This document shows positions 10,075-22,139 of a stretch of DNA of 64,000 nucleotides, in pieces. This DNA comes from Octopus vulgaris (lineage: Eukaryota), in contig OX597826.1 in NCBI GenBank assembly GCA_951406725.2, forward strand, positions 73,718,001-73,782,000. Direction: 5' to 3'. Each line of letters starts with the position of its first letter. Positions within the stretch are counted from its first letter, which is position 1. Position numbers and translations under genes: made by a program. The notes beneath the pieces were generated by a model. The model saw nothing but the letters and a program-made list of their open reading frames with translations, was not told the DNA's origin and searched no databases.

Positions 10075-12507
10075 AATAATAATAATAATAATAATAATAA
10101 TTGTGTACAGTGCTCAGGTGCACTACAACTCATCTAAAGTGTATATATAATCAGGTGTAGTTTCGGCGGATTTCGGAAAGCATGAGGGCCTTAAAAGATG
10201 CAGTGTCATGGCAGTCAACAACTGACGCAGGCAGTTTATTCCATGCTTCAGCAACTCTGAGCGTGAAAAAATGTTTCCGAAAGTCATGGGAGCTGTATTG
10301 TTTTCTGACTTTGTAGGCATGTCCACGTGTGTTAGACACATGGAGATCAAAAAGGTGTTCAGTGTTGTTGTTGGTGAGGTGGTTGATAACTTTGTGGGTG
10401 TTTACCAAGTCCGTCGCCAAACGCCGGAGCTTCAGTGAATCCATGCCCAGGGAAACAAGGCGCTCAGAATATGGTAGGTGTCTGATGGAGGGTATGCGTT
10501 TGGTTGCACGTCTCTGGACAGATTCCAGGAGGTCAATGTTCTGTGCAAGATAGGGGTTCCAAACTGATGATGCGAATTCCAAGTGTGGTCGTACCATAGC
10601 TGTATACAGTTTTAAATAGATGGCTGGAGAGCGGCTAACAAAAGACCTGCTGAGTGATGCCAAGACACCCTCGGCCTTCCTGACAATCTTAGAGATATGC
10701 TTTGACCAACGCAAATCACTGCTGACAGTGATGCCTAGGTCACGCTCGCAAGAGGATTTCTTGATATCAGTGTTGTGGAGGGAGTAAGTGAACGCAGGGT
10801 TTTTTCTCCCAAAATGCATGGTGGTACACTTGTCCACAGCCAGTTTCAGTTGCCAGTCTGTGATCCATTGCTGCATTGTGTCTAGGTCTGATTGCAGGAA
10901 AGAGTTGTAGACATCAGGATCTGTCCTCTTGATTTCAAGGTACAGCTTGATGTCGTCTGCATATTTCAATACTGTGGCATTCTTTAAATTGGCATCTATG
11001 TCGTTAATGTATGCCACAAACAAGAGGGGACCAAGGACAGATCCCTGTGGTACACCCGATGACATCTCATATGGTGTAGAGTGCTGTCCTAGAACTGTGA
11101 CTACCTCCTTTCGGCTGAGGATGAAGGATTTCAACCAGTTAAAAAGGTCATCCCCCACACCCATTGCAGAGAGTTTCACCATAAGCCTTTTGTGTGGCAC
11201 AGAGTTGAAAGCCTTAGCAAAGTCAAGGTAGACAACATCCACCCATGAGCCACTGTCAGTAATCTGAGTAATGTCCTCAAGGAACTCGACAAGCTGGTCA
11301 CTGCAGCTGGAGTTAGGGACAAATCCATATTGTGAGGGTCGGATGAGACTGTGAGAGCTCCAGAAGTTCCAGAGTGTTTCTCTGACACACGATTCCATCA
11401 GTTTTGCAATACAGCTAGTGAGACTGACTGGGCGATAGTTGACAGGTGATGTGCGGTCGCCCTTTTTGAACAGAGGAATGACACTGGCAGTTTTCCACTG
11501 CTCCGGAGTAGCACCATTGTTGAGACAGTACTGGAAGAAAATAGAAAGCTGGTGTAAAGGAAGTGCCTGCCACGTTTGAGAAGCAGGTATGTAACTCCAT
11601 CGAGACCAGGGGAGGCATAGTTGCGCTTATTTTGAAGGTGACGTCGCAGCATTGCAGGTGTAAATTCCATAGTTGTTATGGAGTTTGCTGTTAGTGATGG
11701 TGAAGATGGTACATTTTGACTTTCAACAGTGAATATGTTTGCATAGCACTCGGCAATGAGTTCTGCGCATTCCTTGGGGTCGTCAGTGATCTGGTTTGTG
11801 TGAGGGTTGCGAAGAGGGCCCACTGGAGGGTGAGGTCTCTGCTTTGAGTGCACATATTTCCAGAAAACCTTGCTGTCAGGATTGGCTGCTATGCACTGTT
11901 CAAATTCAAGCACTGCTTTTTTTGTCACTTGCTTGAGATGATTGGAGGATTTATTCCGCTTCTTCCTGTTGGTGTCTGATTTATGCAACCTGTATTCCCG
12001 TTCAGCAGTCCGACGTTCCCTCCTGGCAAGTCGGACCGCTGAAGTTTCCCAAATTGCCCTTTTGGGGCGGTTCTTCTTTTTTTGTTTACGTGGCACTGAT
12101 GCTGCACATGCTGCCCATATTGAGTCCAGGATACTCTGGAGTATAGTATTCACATCTCCAGAGTTGTAGAATTCACGCCAGTTTGGGTGCTGTAGTTCAG
12201 TGTGGTACAGGTTCCAATCTGCTCTCTTCCAATCGAAGGAAGCAGATTGGAGATGGTTCAGGTTTTTGTTGCCCGCAAGAGCCAGATTGGCGATGATCAT
12301 AGCATGATCAGAGTCACCTAGAGGTTCCTCCGTAGTGCAATTGATAACCGCTTCAGGAGTTGTGGTGAAGAGCAGGTCCAAGGTGTTGTCGCCTCTTGTT
12401 GGAGAGGTGACTACTTGTGACCAGTTTGAGTCCAGCACAAGCTCAACAAAATCGTTTGCACTCTGTGGCCAATGGAAGGTCTCCCAAACGATCTCAGGAT
12501 GATTGAA
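10075..12507 (-). mobile_element. 5'-truncated CR1/L2-group LINE: APE endonuclease C-terminus plus reverse transcriptase, one frameshift at about 11558, (ATT)n tail
   Basis: FNHPEIVW and TRGDNTLDL...SDH (endonuclease); NYRPVSLTS, QYGF, YLDFAKAFNSV, GVPQGSVLGP, YADD, RDLG, LESVQRRATK and AWNKLP (RT); short 3' UTR; antisense to the host gene. Confidence 0.95.
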
Positions 12508-13102
12508 TAGAAAGGACTGCAGCGGTCCTTTATATTTTATTAATTAGTACTTTTAATAAGAATAACGAACTGAAGTCAATTAGTGTTTCTATAGAATTAC
12601 AAAGCTGAGTTCCATCCAAATCAAGTGTAACAATGACAGCGTTATTTGTCATCCATTTACTGCAAGATTGAAACCTACCATCTTAGAATTTCATTTAGAC
12701 CAACCCAGAGGAAGATGTGGCTGTGTGGGTAAGAAGCCTGCTTTCCAACCGTAAGGTCTTGGGTTCAGATCCACTGTGCAGCACTTTGGATGTCTTCCAC
12801 TATAGCTCAAGGCCAAACAAAGTACATCATGTGTGTGTATGTGTGTGTGTGTATGTGTGTGTGTGTGTGTGTGTTTGCCACCCACAGGGGTTTCACAATT
12901 GGTGTTTGCTTGTTTACATCCCCATAACTTAACAGATTAGCAAAAGTCACCAATAGAATAAGTACCGGGCTTAAAAAAAGAAATATGTACTGGGATCAAT
13001 GTGTTCAAGTAAAGCCTTCAAGGCAGTGCCCCAACATGGCCACAGTCACATGACTGAAACAAGTAAAAGAAGATAATGATTCAAAAACAATGACTCCATT
13101 AA

Positions 13103-13322
13103 CCCTTTTGTTACCATTATTTCTGTTGAGATGCTCTGTGTTTCTTTCAATTAATTTTAAATATAACAAAGAATTTAGTAAAATAACTTCGTTATCATTC
13201 AGCTAGTGTTAGGAACATAAATTGTGACTAAGGTTTTTGGAAGATTTTAATTCAAAACTTATGAAAACAAGACATTTGTACTCAGAGCCAGAGGAGTTTC
13301 AGGTGAATTGTTATCAAAAGGG
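13103..13322. mobile_element. piggyBac-type MITE, copy 2 (inverted relative to copy 1)
   Basis: TTAA flanks, CCC...GGG ends; internal sequence is the reverse complement of 80-296. Confidence 0.8.
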
Positions 13323-13604
13323 TTAAACTTTTAAGACTTACAATAAGCTGACCATGAAATAACAGCAGAAAATGTTTTGGGGTTAAATTGATCAAGTGCT
13401 ATTCCAGGAAGGAATTATATGCAAATATAGATATTTTCCAAAAAAAATGTCCCACATATGACAAATAATAAAACCTTAGTGAAATAAAATACCCGTTTAT
13501 TTATCATATTTTACAATGAGAAGTAAGTTGAAGAGACAACTGTTGATCTTTTTTTTTTATGTAAGTGTTTGTCCTAACAAATGTTTTGTATTTCTCTTTG
13601 TCAG

Positions 13605-14705
13605 TCACAGAAGAGGATCAGCAGTTACAGTGTGCAGGATGTTTGCAACCTTCTCTCCAAAATTCAAGGTATTAAAGAAGAAAACCTCATCACTTACTCC
13701 AAATTGGTAGAAACTAACAACGTTAGTGGCCTTGTGCTTCTCTGCTGTGATTTCGATGAACTAAAATGTGTCATGTGTATGCGATTCGGAGACTGGCAGT
13801 TGTTTCGAGCTATGGTTCAGGAATTACGAGATCAGGAAGTTGCTCAACTTTTGAGCCCTAATTATCGATCAAACGCTGCAGAAACTCCTTCTTCAAGCCG
13901 GAACAATCATTTTTCACAAATGAAATCCAAGCCCAGTGACCCTCATTTGTCACGTAACCAAGATTCAGATTCCATCTTAGAATGTCCGTTAGAAGAGCAA
14001 TACGAGCAGGAAACTTCGAGCAGTCTCCTGTCTCCGATCCAACCGAAACGTTTAAATAGTATTTACGCCCAGATGGACATGGAATGTGGTATGTTAAGGG
14101 AAGTAATTGAAGATTTTACAGAGACTGTAATGGATGATAGCAAAAATGAAATGGATGTTTCATCTGAGGTGTCCATCCATACACAACAAGATTCAAAGTA
14201 TCCGTTGGCACACTGTGCTCTTGATATCGATACAGAATTGGATGACTTGAAGACAGACTCTCTGGCTGTGACAAGCAGTTTCTACTTAGAAGATACGGAT
14301 GAATCCCTTGATCAAACGGACTCAGCTCCTCTCTTACAACAAGCCTCAAGTGACGACATTTTTGCTTCCGTCACATTGATCCCCGCTAGTCGTTCCCTTG
14401 GACAGTTAAACACCCATACTTTTGGTGAATCTGGTTTGAAATTACCCCATTCTAAAGAAGTACCATCCGATCTTGTGTGTAACCGTCCTGTGGTGATGAA
14501 GATAGCTGAGTATACAGACTCTACAGATCCTAATGCTGTCCCTACAATGATATCCATGCAAGACTTGCAACCACAGTCCACTTCTGACCAATCTAGTTTT
14601 ATCCAATTTGTCCAAGATTCTAAATCAAGGTCTGTACAAAACACAAACGCAAAAAGACGATCCGGTTCGGGTATAATTGATATTGAAGATCACGAAATGC
14701 TATAG
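13605..14705 (+). CDS. KIDINS220: Kidins220 terminal coding exon: SAM domain plus Ser/Asp-rich tail, TAG stop
   Basis: Phase-0 CAG acceptor ending 13604 (alternative ending 13610). SAM motif SVQDVCNLLSKIQG...NNVSGLVLLCCDFDELK..M.MRFGDWQLFR; frame open to the stop at 14703-14705. Confidence 0.9.
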   Translation, partial: SQKRISSYSVQDVCNLLSKIQGIKEENLITYSKLVETNNVSGLVLLCCDFDELKCVMCMRFGDWQLFRAMVQELRDQEVAQLLSPNYRSNAAETPSSSRNNHFSQMKSKPSDPHLSRNQDSDSILECPLEEQYEQETSSSLLSPIQPKRLNSIYAQMDMECGMLREVIEDFTETVMDDSKNEMDVSSEVSIHTQQDSKYPLAHCALDIDTELDDLKTDSLAVTSSFYLEDTDESLDQTDSAPLLQQASSDDIFASVTLIPASRSLGQLNTHTFGESGLKLPHSKEVPSDLVCNRPVVMKIAEYTDSTDPNAVPTMISMQDLQPQSTSDQSSFIQFVQDSKSRSVQNTNAKRRSGSGIIDIEDHEML

Positions 14706-14886
14706 ATGTATCCGGTGATATCACACAGTTCAAATAATATTCGCAGTATTTTATAATTCCTGTGGAAATCTTTAACTGGAGATTGTTGCTAAAGCAACAA
14801 CAATTAGGAAAAGAACTATCAGAAGTTAATTATTTTCAACTTCTAATTAAAATTGGGAAAGGGTAATGTAAAACATTGGAAATATA

Positions 14887-14940
14887 AATAAATGATTCCA
14901 ATTGAATTTAATTACATTTTATTGTTGTTGTCGTTTATTA
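14887..14940 (+). terminator. Candidate polyadenylation signal (AATAAA) with downstream U/GU-rich element
   Basis: AATAAA at 14887-14892, about 180 nt after the stop, followed by TTTTATTGTTGTTGTCGTTT. Confidence 0.45.
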
Positions 14941-14946
14941 ATTTAA

Positions 14947-15221
14947 CCCTCAGAACTCCAGCAGCCCCTATTTCGGCCGCCAGCCACAGCTACAACTACC
15001 CTGGCGGTCACCTTATTGGTCAGTATTTTCTTCATTGGAAAACCAGATAGTAACTGCTGGTTCAACTAGCACCACAAGTGTCAGTATTGGCAAAAAAAAA
15101 AGGGTTCAGTCCCACTGCATGGCACCTTAAGCAAGTGTCTTCTGCTGTAGCCTCAGGCCGACCAAACCCTTGTGAGTGGATTTGGTAGACGGAAACTGAA
15201 AGCCCATCGTACATATGTATG

Positions 15222-15274
<53 letters not shown>

Positions 15275-15792
15275 ACTCTGCCAAATCAAGATTAGAGCCT
15301 GGTGCAGCCATCTGGTTCGCCAGCCCTCAGTCAAAATCATCCAACCCATGCTAGCATGTAAAGCGGACGTTAAACGATGATGATGATGATATATATGCGT
15401 GTGTGTGTGTCTGTCTGTCTGTTTGTCCCCCCCAACATCACTTGACAACCAATCTTGGTGTGTTTACATCCCCGTAACTTAGCGGTTCGGCAAAAAGAGA
15501 CTGATAGAATAAGTACTAGGCTTACAAAGAATAAGTCCTGGGGGTCGATTTGCTCGACTAAAGGCGATGCCCCAGCATGGCCACAGTCAAATGACTGAAA
15601 CAAGTAAAAGAGTAAGTAGTAAGGACAGTGTTGCCCTCTAGTTAGCATTTTATTTCAATATTAGAGACAAAAAACACATTTTAGTGACACTGAAACAATA
15701 TTAGGTGGGAAATCATTTTTTGGGGGGGCTCTTTTACCCAGGGAACCTGGGGTGAGAGAACTGAGGACAATGGGTATCTAGGGTTCAAAGGG
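14947..15792. mobile_element. Possible TTAA-flanked non-autonomous DNA element with nested SINE A and RTE tail
   Basis: TTAA-CCCTCAGAAC...GTTCAAAGGG-TTAA, with 8 of 10 bases matching as an inverted repeat. Confidence 0.4.
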
Positions 15793-16320
15793 TTAAAAAT
15801 GCCGAAACAGCATCCTTCAACTGCTGGGTATTCAGGCAACACTCTTGTGAAACTCTCCCCTTGATAATAGAAAATTAAAACAATATTTACAGGTGGTGAC
15901 AAGATTTTCGGACCACCCTGTACGAGGCTTCCAAAAAAAAGTGAACTAAAGTTGATTCATTTGGCTAAGAATTCTTCAAAGCAGTGCCCCAGCATGGTCA
16001 CAGAGGGTGATAGAATAAGTTCTTGGCTTTGAGAAAAAAAAAAATGGTAATTACTGGAATCGATTCACTTGACTAAAATTCTTCAAGGTGCTGCCCCAGC
16101 ATGGCCAAAGCCTAATGACTGAAACAAGTAAAAGAGAGAAGATAAAAAAAAAAAGATAGATATAGGTGCAGGCGTGGCTGTGTGGTAAGTAACTTGCTTC
16201 CCAATCACATGGTTCCGGGTTCAGTCCCACTATGTGGCATCTTAGGCAAGTGTCTTGTACTATAGCCTTGGGCCAACCAAAGCCTTGTGAGTGGATCTGG
16301 TAGACAGAAACTGTAAGAAG

Positions 16321-16550
16321 GCGATGAGCTGGCTGAATTGTTAGCATGCCGGGCGAAATGCTTAGAAGTATTTCATCTGCCATTTCGTTCTGAGTTCAAA
16401 TTCCACTGAGGTTGACTTTGCCTTTCATCCTTTCGGGGTCAATAAATTAAGTACCAGCTATGCACTGGTGTCAATGTAATTGACTTAATCTCCTTGTCTG
16501 TCCTTGTTTGTCCCCTCTATGTTTAGCCTCTTGCGGGCAATAAAGAAATA
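16321..16550 (+). mobile_element. SINE B variant nested in SINE A with a 15-bp TSD
   Basis: TSD AGAAACTGTAAGAAG at 16306-16320 and 16551-16565. Confidence 0.85.
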
Positions 16551-16574
16551 AGAAACTGTAAGAAGCCTGTCGTA

Positions 16575-17395
16575 TTATCATCATCATCATCATCGTTTAA
16601 CGTCTGTTCTCCATGCTAGCATGGGTTGGACAGTTCGACCGGGAATCTGGGAAGCCAGAAGGCTGCACCAGGCTCCAGTCTGATCTGGCAGTGTTTCTAC
16701 AGCTGGATGCCCTTCCTAACGCCAACCACTCCGTGAGTGTAGTGGGTGCTTTTTACGTGCCACTGGCACAGGTGCCAGGCAAGGCTGGCAACGGCCATGA
16801 TCGGATTGGTGCATTTTACGTGCCACCGGCATGGAAGCCAGTCTAGGTGGTGCTGGCATCGGCCACGTTCGGATGGTGCTTTTTACATGCCACCGGCACA
16901 GGGATCACAACTGCAGTTTCCAATGATTTTTGATCTTGGTGTACTTGACTCAATGGATCTCCTCAGGCACAGGATCGAAACGGCGTTTCTTTACTTGCCA
17001 CCTGCTAAGCATTTCGCCTGGCATGCTAACGTTTCTGCCAGCGTGCCGCCTTCTTACAGTTTCTGTCTACCAGATCCACTCACAAGGCTTTGGTTGGCCC
17101 AAGGCTATAGTACAAGACACTTGCCTAAGATGCCACATAGTGGGACTGAACATAGTGCACAGGAGTCAGTCCAGCGGCCCTGGAAACTGCCGGGTGCCAG
17201 TCATAGGATTAGTTCAATTTCGATTCCGATTTCACTTGCCCCAACAGGTCTTTGCAAGCAGAGTTTAGTGTCCAATGAAGGTAGGTTGGCATGGGTGGCT
17301 GTCATCAGATAAGGTTCGATTTCGATTTCGCTTGCCTCAACAGGTCTTCGTGTGTCCAAGGGAGGAAAGGCATGCATAAGTGGGCTGGTTGGGAT
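16575..17395 (-). mobile_element. Longer RTE 3' UTR fragment containing an inverted copy of local DNA (17001-17151)
   Basis: (CAT)n tail at the left end; GGTGCTTTTTACGTGCCACC sub-repeats. Confidence 0.7.
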
Positions 17396-18173
17396 GGACT
17401 CACTTATTTCTTTATTGTCCACAGGGGGCTAAACACAGAGGGGACAAACGAGGACAGGCAAAGGGATTAAGTCGATTGCATTTACCCTGAAAGGATGAAA
17501 GGCAAAGTCGACCATGGCAGAATTTGAACTCAGAATATAACTACGGATGAAATGCCACTAAGCATTTTGCCCGGTGTGCTTAACGATTCTGTATGAGTGT
17601 GTGTGTGTCCCCACCATCACTTGACAACTGATTTACATCCCTGTAACTTAGCGGTTTGGCAAAAAGGAATCGATAGAATAAGTACTAGGCTTACAGAGAA
17701 TAAGTCCTGGGATTGATTTATTTGACTAAAGGCGGTGCTCCAGCAAGGCCGCAGTCAGATGACTGAAGCAAATAAAAGAATACCATAGTTGCTAAGGGTG
17801 ATAAAGTTCTTTGTTGTGTGACAAATGAGGAACCAGTTGGAATGTAGAAAGGTGTTTGAGTAGTTTTGTATCAAAACGCCTTTGAAGGATGCAAAGAAAA
17901 TATATCCAAATGGCTAACAAGGAAACACTCCCTGTCAGAGTATTTAAGTTCTTGGCAGGGAATTCCAATTTAGAAGCTGTAAGTTTTAGTATTTTACTTA
18001 TTATTGATCTTCAGTGGCTGTGTGGTAAGTAGCTTGCTTACCACCCACATGGTTCCAGGTTCGTTCCCACTGCATGGCACCTTGGACAAGTGTCTTCTAC
18101 GATAGCCTCGGGCTGACCAAAGCCTTGTGAGTGGATTTGGTAGACAGAAACTGAAAGAAGCCCATCGTATATA

Positions 18174-18233
<60 letters not shown>

Positions 18234-19789
18234 TGTGTGTCTGTGTTTATCCCTCCAATATCGCTTGACAACCGATGTTGGTGTGTTAACGTCCCCATGA
18301 CTTAGCGCTTTGGCAAAAGAGACCGATAGAATAAGTACTGAGCTTCCAAAGAAGGAATTGATAAAATAAGTACTAGGCTTCCAAAGAATAAATCCTGGGG
18401 TTGATTTGCTCGACTAAAGGCAATGCTCCAGCATGGCCACAGTCAAATGACTGAAACAAGTAAAAGAGAAAAGAGAGAATCACTTGGTGATGATGAGTTT
18501 ATTAACCCTTAAACTAACAGCAAGGGATTGCAAGAATGTCTGTGCCAAATGGTCAAAAAAACAAAAAATACTTCTTTTCCCTAAGGATAATTTTTTAATA
18601 CTTATTTTTGCTTTAAATAACTACAAAAACTATAATGATTTTTAGTCTCTCACACTATAAAATTTTCAATCTCATTATAATAAAGTGTCATAAAATATTC
18701 ACTTTCCTTTGTTGATGGCAGTATCCATGTAAAATATTTGAAACCGAGCAAGGTCGTTGCCCATGCCGCTGGACTGGCTCCTGTGCAGGTGGCACATAAA
18801 AAGCACCCTTTGAGCGTGCCCATTGTCAGTACCGCCTGACTGGGCCTCATGCCTGTGGCACGTAAAAGCACCCACTACACTCTCGGAGTGGTTGGCATTA
18901 GGAAGGGCATCCAGCTGTAGAAAGTCTGCCAGATCAAGATTGGAGCCTGGTGCAGCCATCTGGTTCGCCAGTCCTTAGTCATAGCATCCAACCCATGCTA
19001 GCAAGGAAAGCGGATGTTAAACGACGATTATGTTGATGATGATGATCAATGTCTGCTCTTCTCTAATGAAATATTAATTGATGATATTCACCATTTAAGA
19101 GTTAAATAAACATTTGTTAAATATGTGCCTTATTCATTTGAGGTTTTTCATAAGGATATTATCATACAATAGACAGAAATACTGTTAAATGAAAACGAAT
19201 GCTAACATAGAAAATCAAAATCAGGAACAGTAAATTTTTGTCTTGATACAACCTTTAACATTAATACTATCAGCTTAGTTACTATTGCACAATATGGCAG
19301 TGAGCTGGCAGAGACATTAGCATACTGGACAAAATGCTTAGCAGCATTTTTTTTTCTTTTATTTATGCGCCCTTTTCAAGCCTAGTCAGGCTCATGGGCC
19401 CGGTTTCCCAGTTTCTATGGCATATGTGTCCCCCCCCCCCTCCAGTTGGACAGGATACCAGTCCATTGCAGCGTTACTCAAGAAACAAGAAGAAAGAGTG
19501 AGAGAAAGTTGGGGTGAAAGAGTACAACAGGGGTCGCCACCCCCCACCACCCTGAAGGAGCCTCATGGAGCTTTAGGTATTTTCGCCCAATAAACACACA
19601 CAACGCCCGGACTGGGAATCGAAACCGCGATCCTCCAACCTCAAGTCCGCTGCCTTAACCACTGGGCCAGTGCGTCTCCACTTAGCAGAATTTTGCCCAT
19701 CTTTATATTCTGAGTTCAAATTCCACCAGTCAACTTAGCCTTTTGTCCTTTCAGGGTCAATAAAATAGGTACATCAACTGTACCTTTTC

Positions 19790-20100
19790 AAACTCCACCT
19801 GTCTACACCTGTGGTCATATAAACAAAGTCAGAAAACAGCACAACTCCCATGACTTTCGGAAACATTTTTTCACGCTGAGAGTTGCTGAAGCATGGAACA
19901 AAGTCGGAGCACTGCATCCTTCAAAACTTCCATGCTTTCTGAGATTCGCCAACACTACACCTGATTTTCTCCCCTCCATACTCATACATTGTTCGCTTTC
20001 CAGACATTTTTACATTGCTGCATGTACTTTGTGTGCACTTTCTGACAAGTTGTGGTGCACCTGAGCACTGTATACAATAATTTCATTATTATTATTATTA
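19790..20100 (+). mobile_element. 3' fragment of the same CR1-group LINE family as 10075-12507
   Basis: KVRKQHNSHDFRKHFFTLRVAEAWNK, ending GTGCACCTGAGCACTGTA...(ATT)n. Confidence 0.85.
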
Positions 20101-20579
20101 TACCTGCTTCCCTCCAAATTTCAGACCTTCAGCCTACAATAGAAAGGATTGATGCACAATACCTTAACAGAGATTTTATTCATGAGGAGTTGATCAAGTC
20201 AGGAAAAGACAAGTGAATGCTTTGTGTAAATGTTTCATCATTCAAAAACAGATATGTGAAAATCGTTCCCATTATTAAATGTTGCTTCTGTAAAGCAGTT
20301 TATAGAAGCTGTCGATTATCATTTTGTTTTCTTCCATTGTGTTATTCAACAGAAAGTATTCTATGCACCAAAGTAATTATCAAAGATGTTAATGATGTTA
20401 TCAAGAGTCATGAAAAAAATCAAGTTGAAACTTGCCAGGGCTTTGCACAGACAAGAATTTACTTTTAAATACAACTGAATCAGTGTGAAACGATTTATTG
20501 ATGTACAATAAATGAGTCATAGTCATGTAGTTGAAAGGTTTGTTGACTGCTTAAGTAAAATCAAACATTTTTCAAGTTG

Positions 20580-20910
20580 GTATCTATGTCATTAATATAT
20601 GCAACAAACAACAGGGGGCCAAGAACAGATCCCCTTGATACACCAGATGTCATCTCATAATCTCATAGGGTGAAGAATGCTGTCCTATGACCACAACTAC
20701 CTCTTTTCGACTGAGAATGAAGAACTTCTCCCAGTTATAAAGATCATCTTTTACACCCATTGTAAAGAATTTTTCTGTAAATCGTTTCGGTGGAGACAGA
20801 ATTGAAAGCTTTAACAAAGTCAAGACAGGTAAACATCCACCTATGGGCCACCATCAGTGATTCAGGTGATGTCTTCAAGAAACATGACGAGTTAGCTAGA
20901 ACAGCTGGAA
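20580..20910 (-). mobile_element. Decayed internal RT fragment of the same CR1-group family
   Basis: Aligns by eye to about 10990-11320 (CLDFVKAFNSVS). Confidence 0.75.
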
Positions 20911-21249
20911 TTAGTGATAAATGACTGAAACAAGTAAAAGAGTAACAATTACACCACACACTCCCATGACCAACACATAGACATGTATCAAAGAAACAAT
21001 GTTGTGCTTTTCTTTAGTTATGAACAACAAACATAAACTTCCAACTTTATTACAAATATTAAGCTCTACAATTTCTAATCATCACTCCTGGTAAGCACAT
21101 ACATTTAACATTTAAGACATTTTGGCACTGCCTGTTTGGCATCACTGATTTGATACTTATTTGATATTAGATAATACAGTTCTATATTTAAGCGATGAGG
21201 AATTTTCCCTGTCCCCCCATCTTTTATACTTGTAGTGATTATATCTTTG

Positions 21250-21560
21250 TACTGTTAAAAGAAACAAGATCGGCACAACTGCATTGGAGAATGGATATGA
21301 GATTCCTGTTCATGGAATCCATGCACATTTGGTGTAATGTGGATTAGTTGCTTGTGGGTGATGCTTGGAAGGTTAACAAAAAGAAAGAAGAGTGATGTAA
21401 TCGGTGAAGCAGTAGGCATTGATGGAGATGATAGCAAAATAGTTCATTGGTGTATAAGGAGAAAACTGAACCTTGAGACATACCACAGAATATGGGTCAA
21501 AAAGAGACACACAAAACGTATGTATGATAACAGCTGTCCACTCATGACTGAGAAAGATCA
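21250..21560 (-). mobile_element. Old L2/CR1-like RT relic
   Basis: Degenerate GMSQGSVFSLYT and CFTDYITL, resembling the GVPQGS and YADD motifs. Confidence 0.4.
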
Positions 21561-22139
21561 TCACTGACCACTAAGAATACTTTACACTTGTGGCTCCTCC
21601 ACTGGTGACTAATGAGTCCAGCTCTTGACAGATGTTCCCATCCACAGCTGCCGCAGATGAAACTCATAGAAGAGGGGGAGATAACCGAAGGCAGAGAAAG
21701 AGGATGATTGGTGGAAAATCATTGTGAGAAGGAATGAAAATGAGAATGGGAAATGTATCATCATCATCATCATCGTTTAACGTCCGTTTTCCATGCTAGC
21801 ATGGGTTGGACGGTACGACCGAGGTCTGGGAAGCCAGGAGGCTGCACCAGGCTCCAGTCTGATCTGGGAGTGTTTCTACAGCTGGATGCCTATGTTAACA
21901 GGAAATGGTTCAAGGAGGAGAAGGAAGCAACTGGTAATGCAAAAAGGGAGGCACGTGCTGATTTGGCTCTCAAGTGATTACAAAAGCCAAGTAGTGCTAT
22001 AGTTAGGAGAGTGATAGAGGGATGGGTGTTAGGAGGAAGAGATGTCGGGGATGCTTGCTGGGGCAGGTTAAGTGCAGAGGCAGGGCCCAGCATCTACAGG
22101 CATAAACAAAATACTCTTAGAGGCCTCATTTTTGCTGTT

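Noticed and set aside
11398-11620. Programmed frameshift or two-ORF organisation of the LINE
   Set aside because: EN and RT form one ORF in this group; the break is a simple 1-nt deletion with no slippery heptamer evident.
16746-17312. 188-aa ORF and the recurring ...VSVYQIHSQGFG... and ...LDALPNANHS... peptides
   Set aside because: Chance frames through SINE and RTE-UTR repeats; the recurrence reflects repeat copy number.
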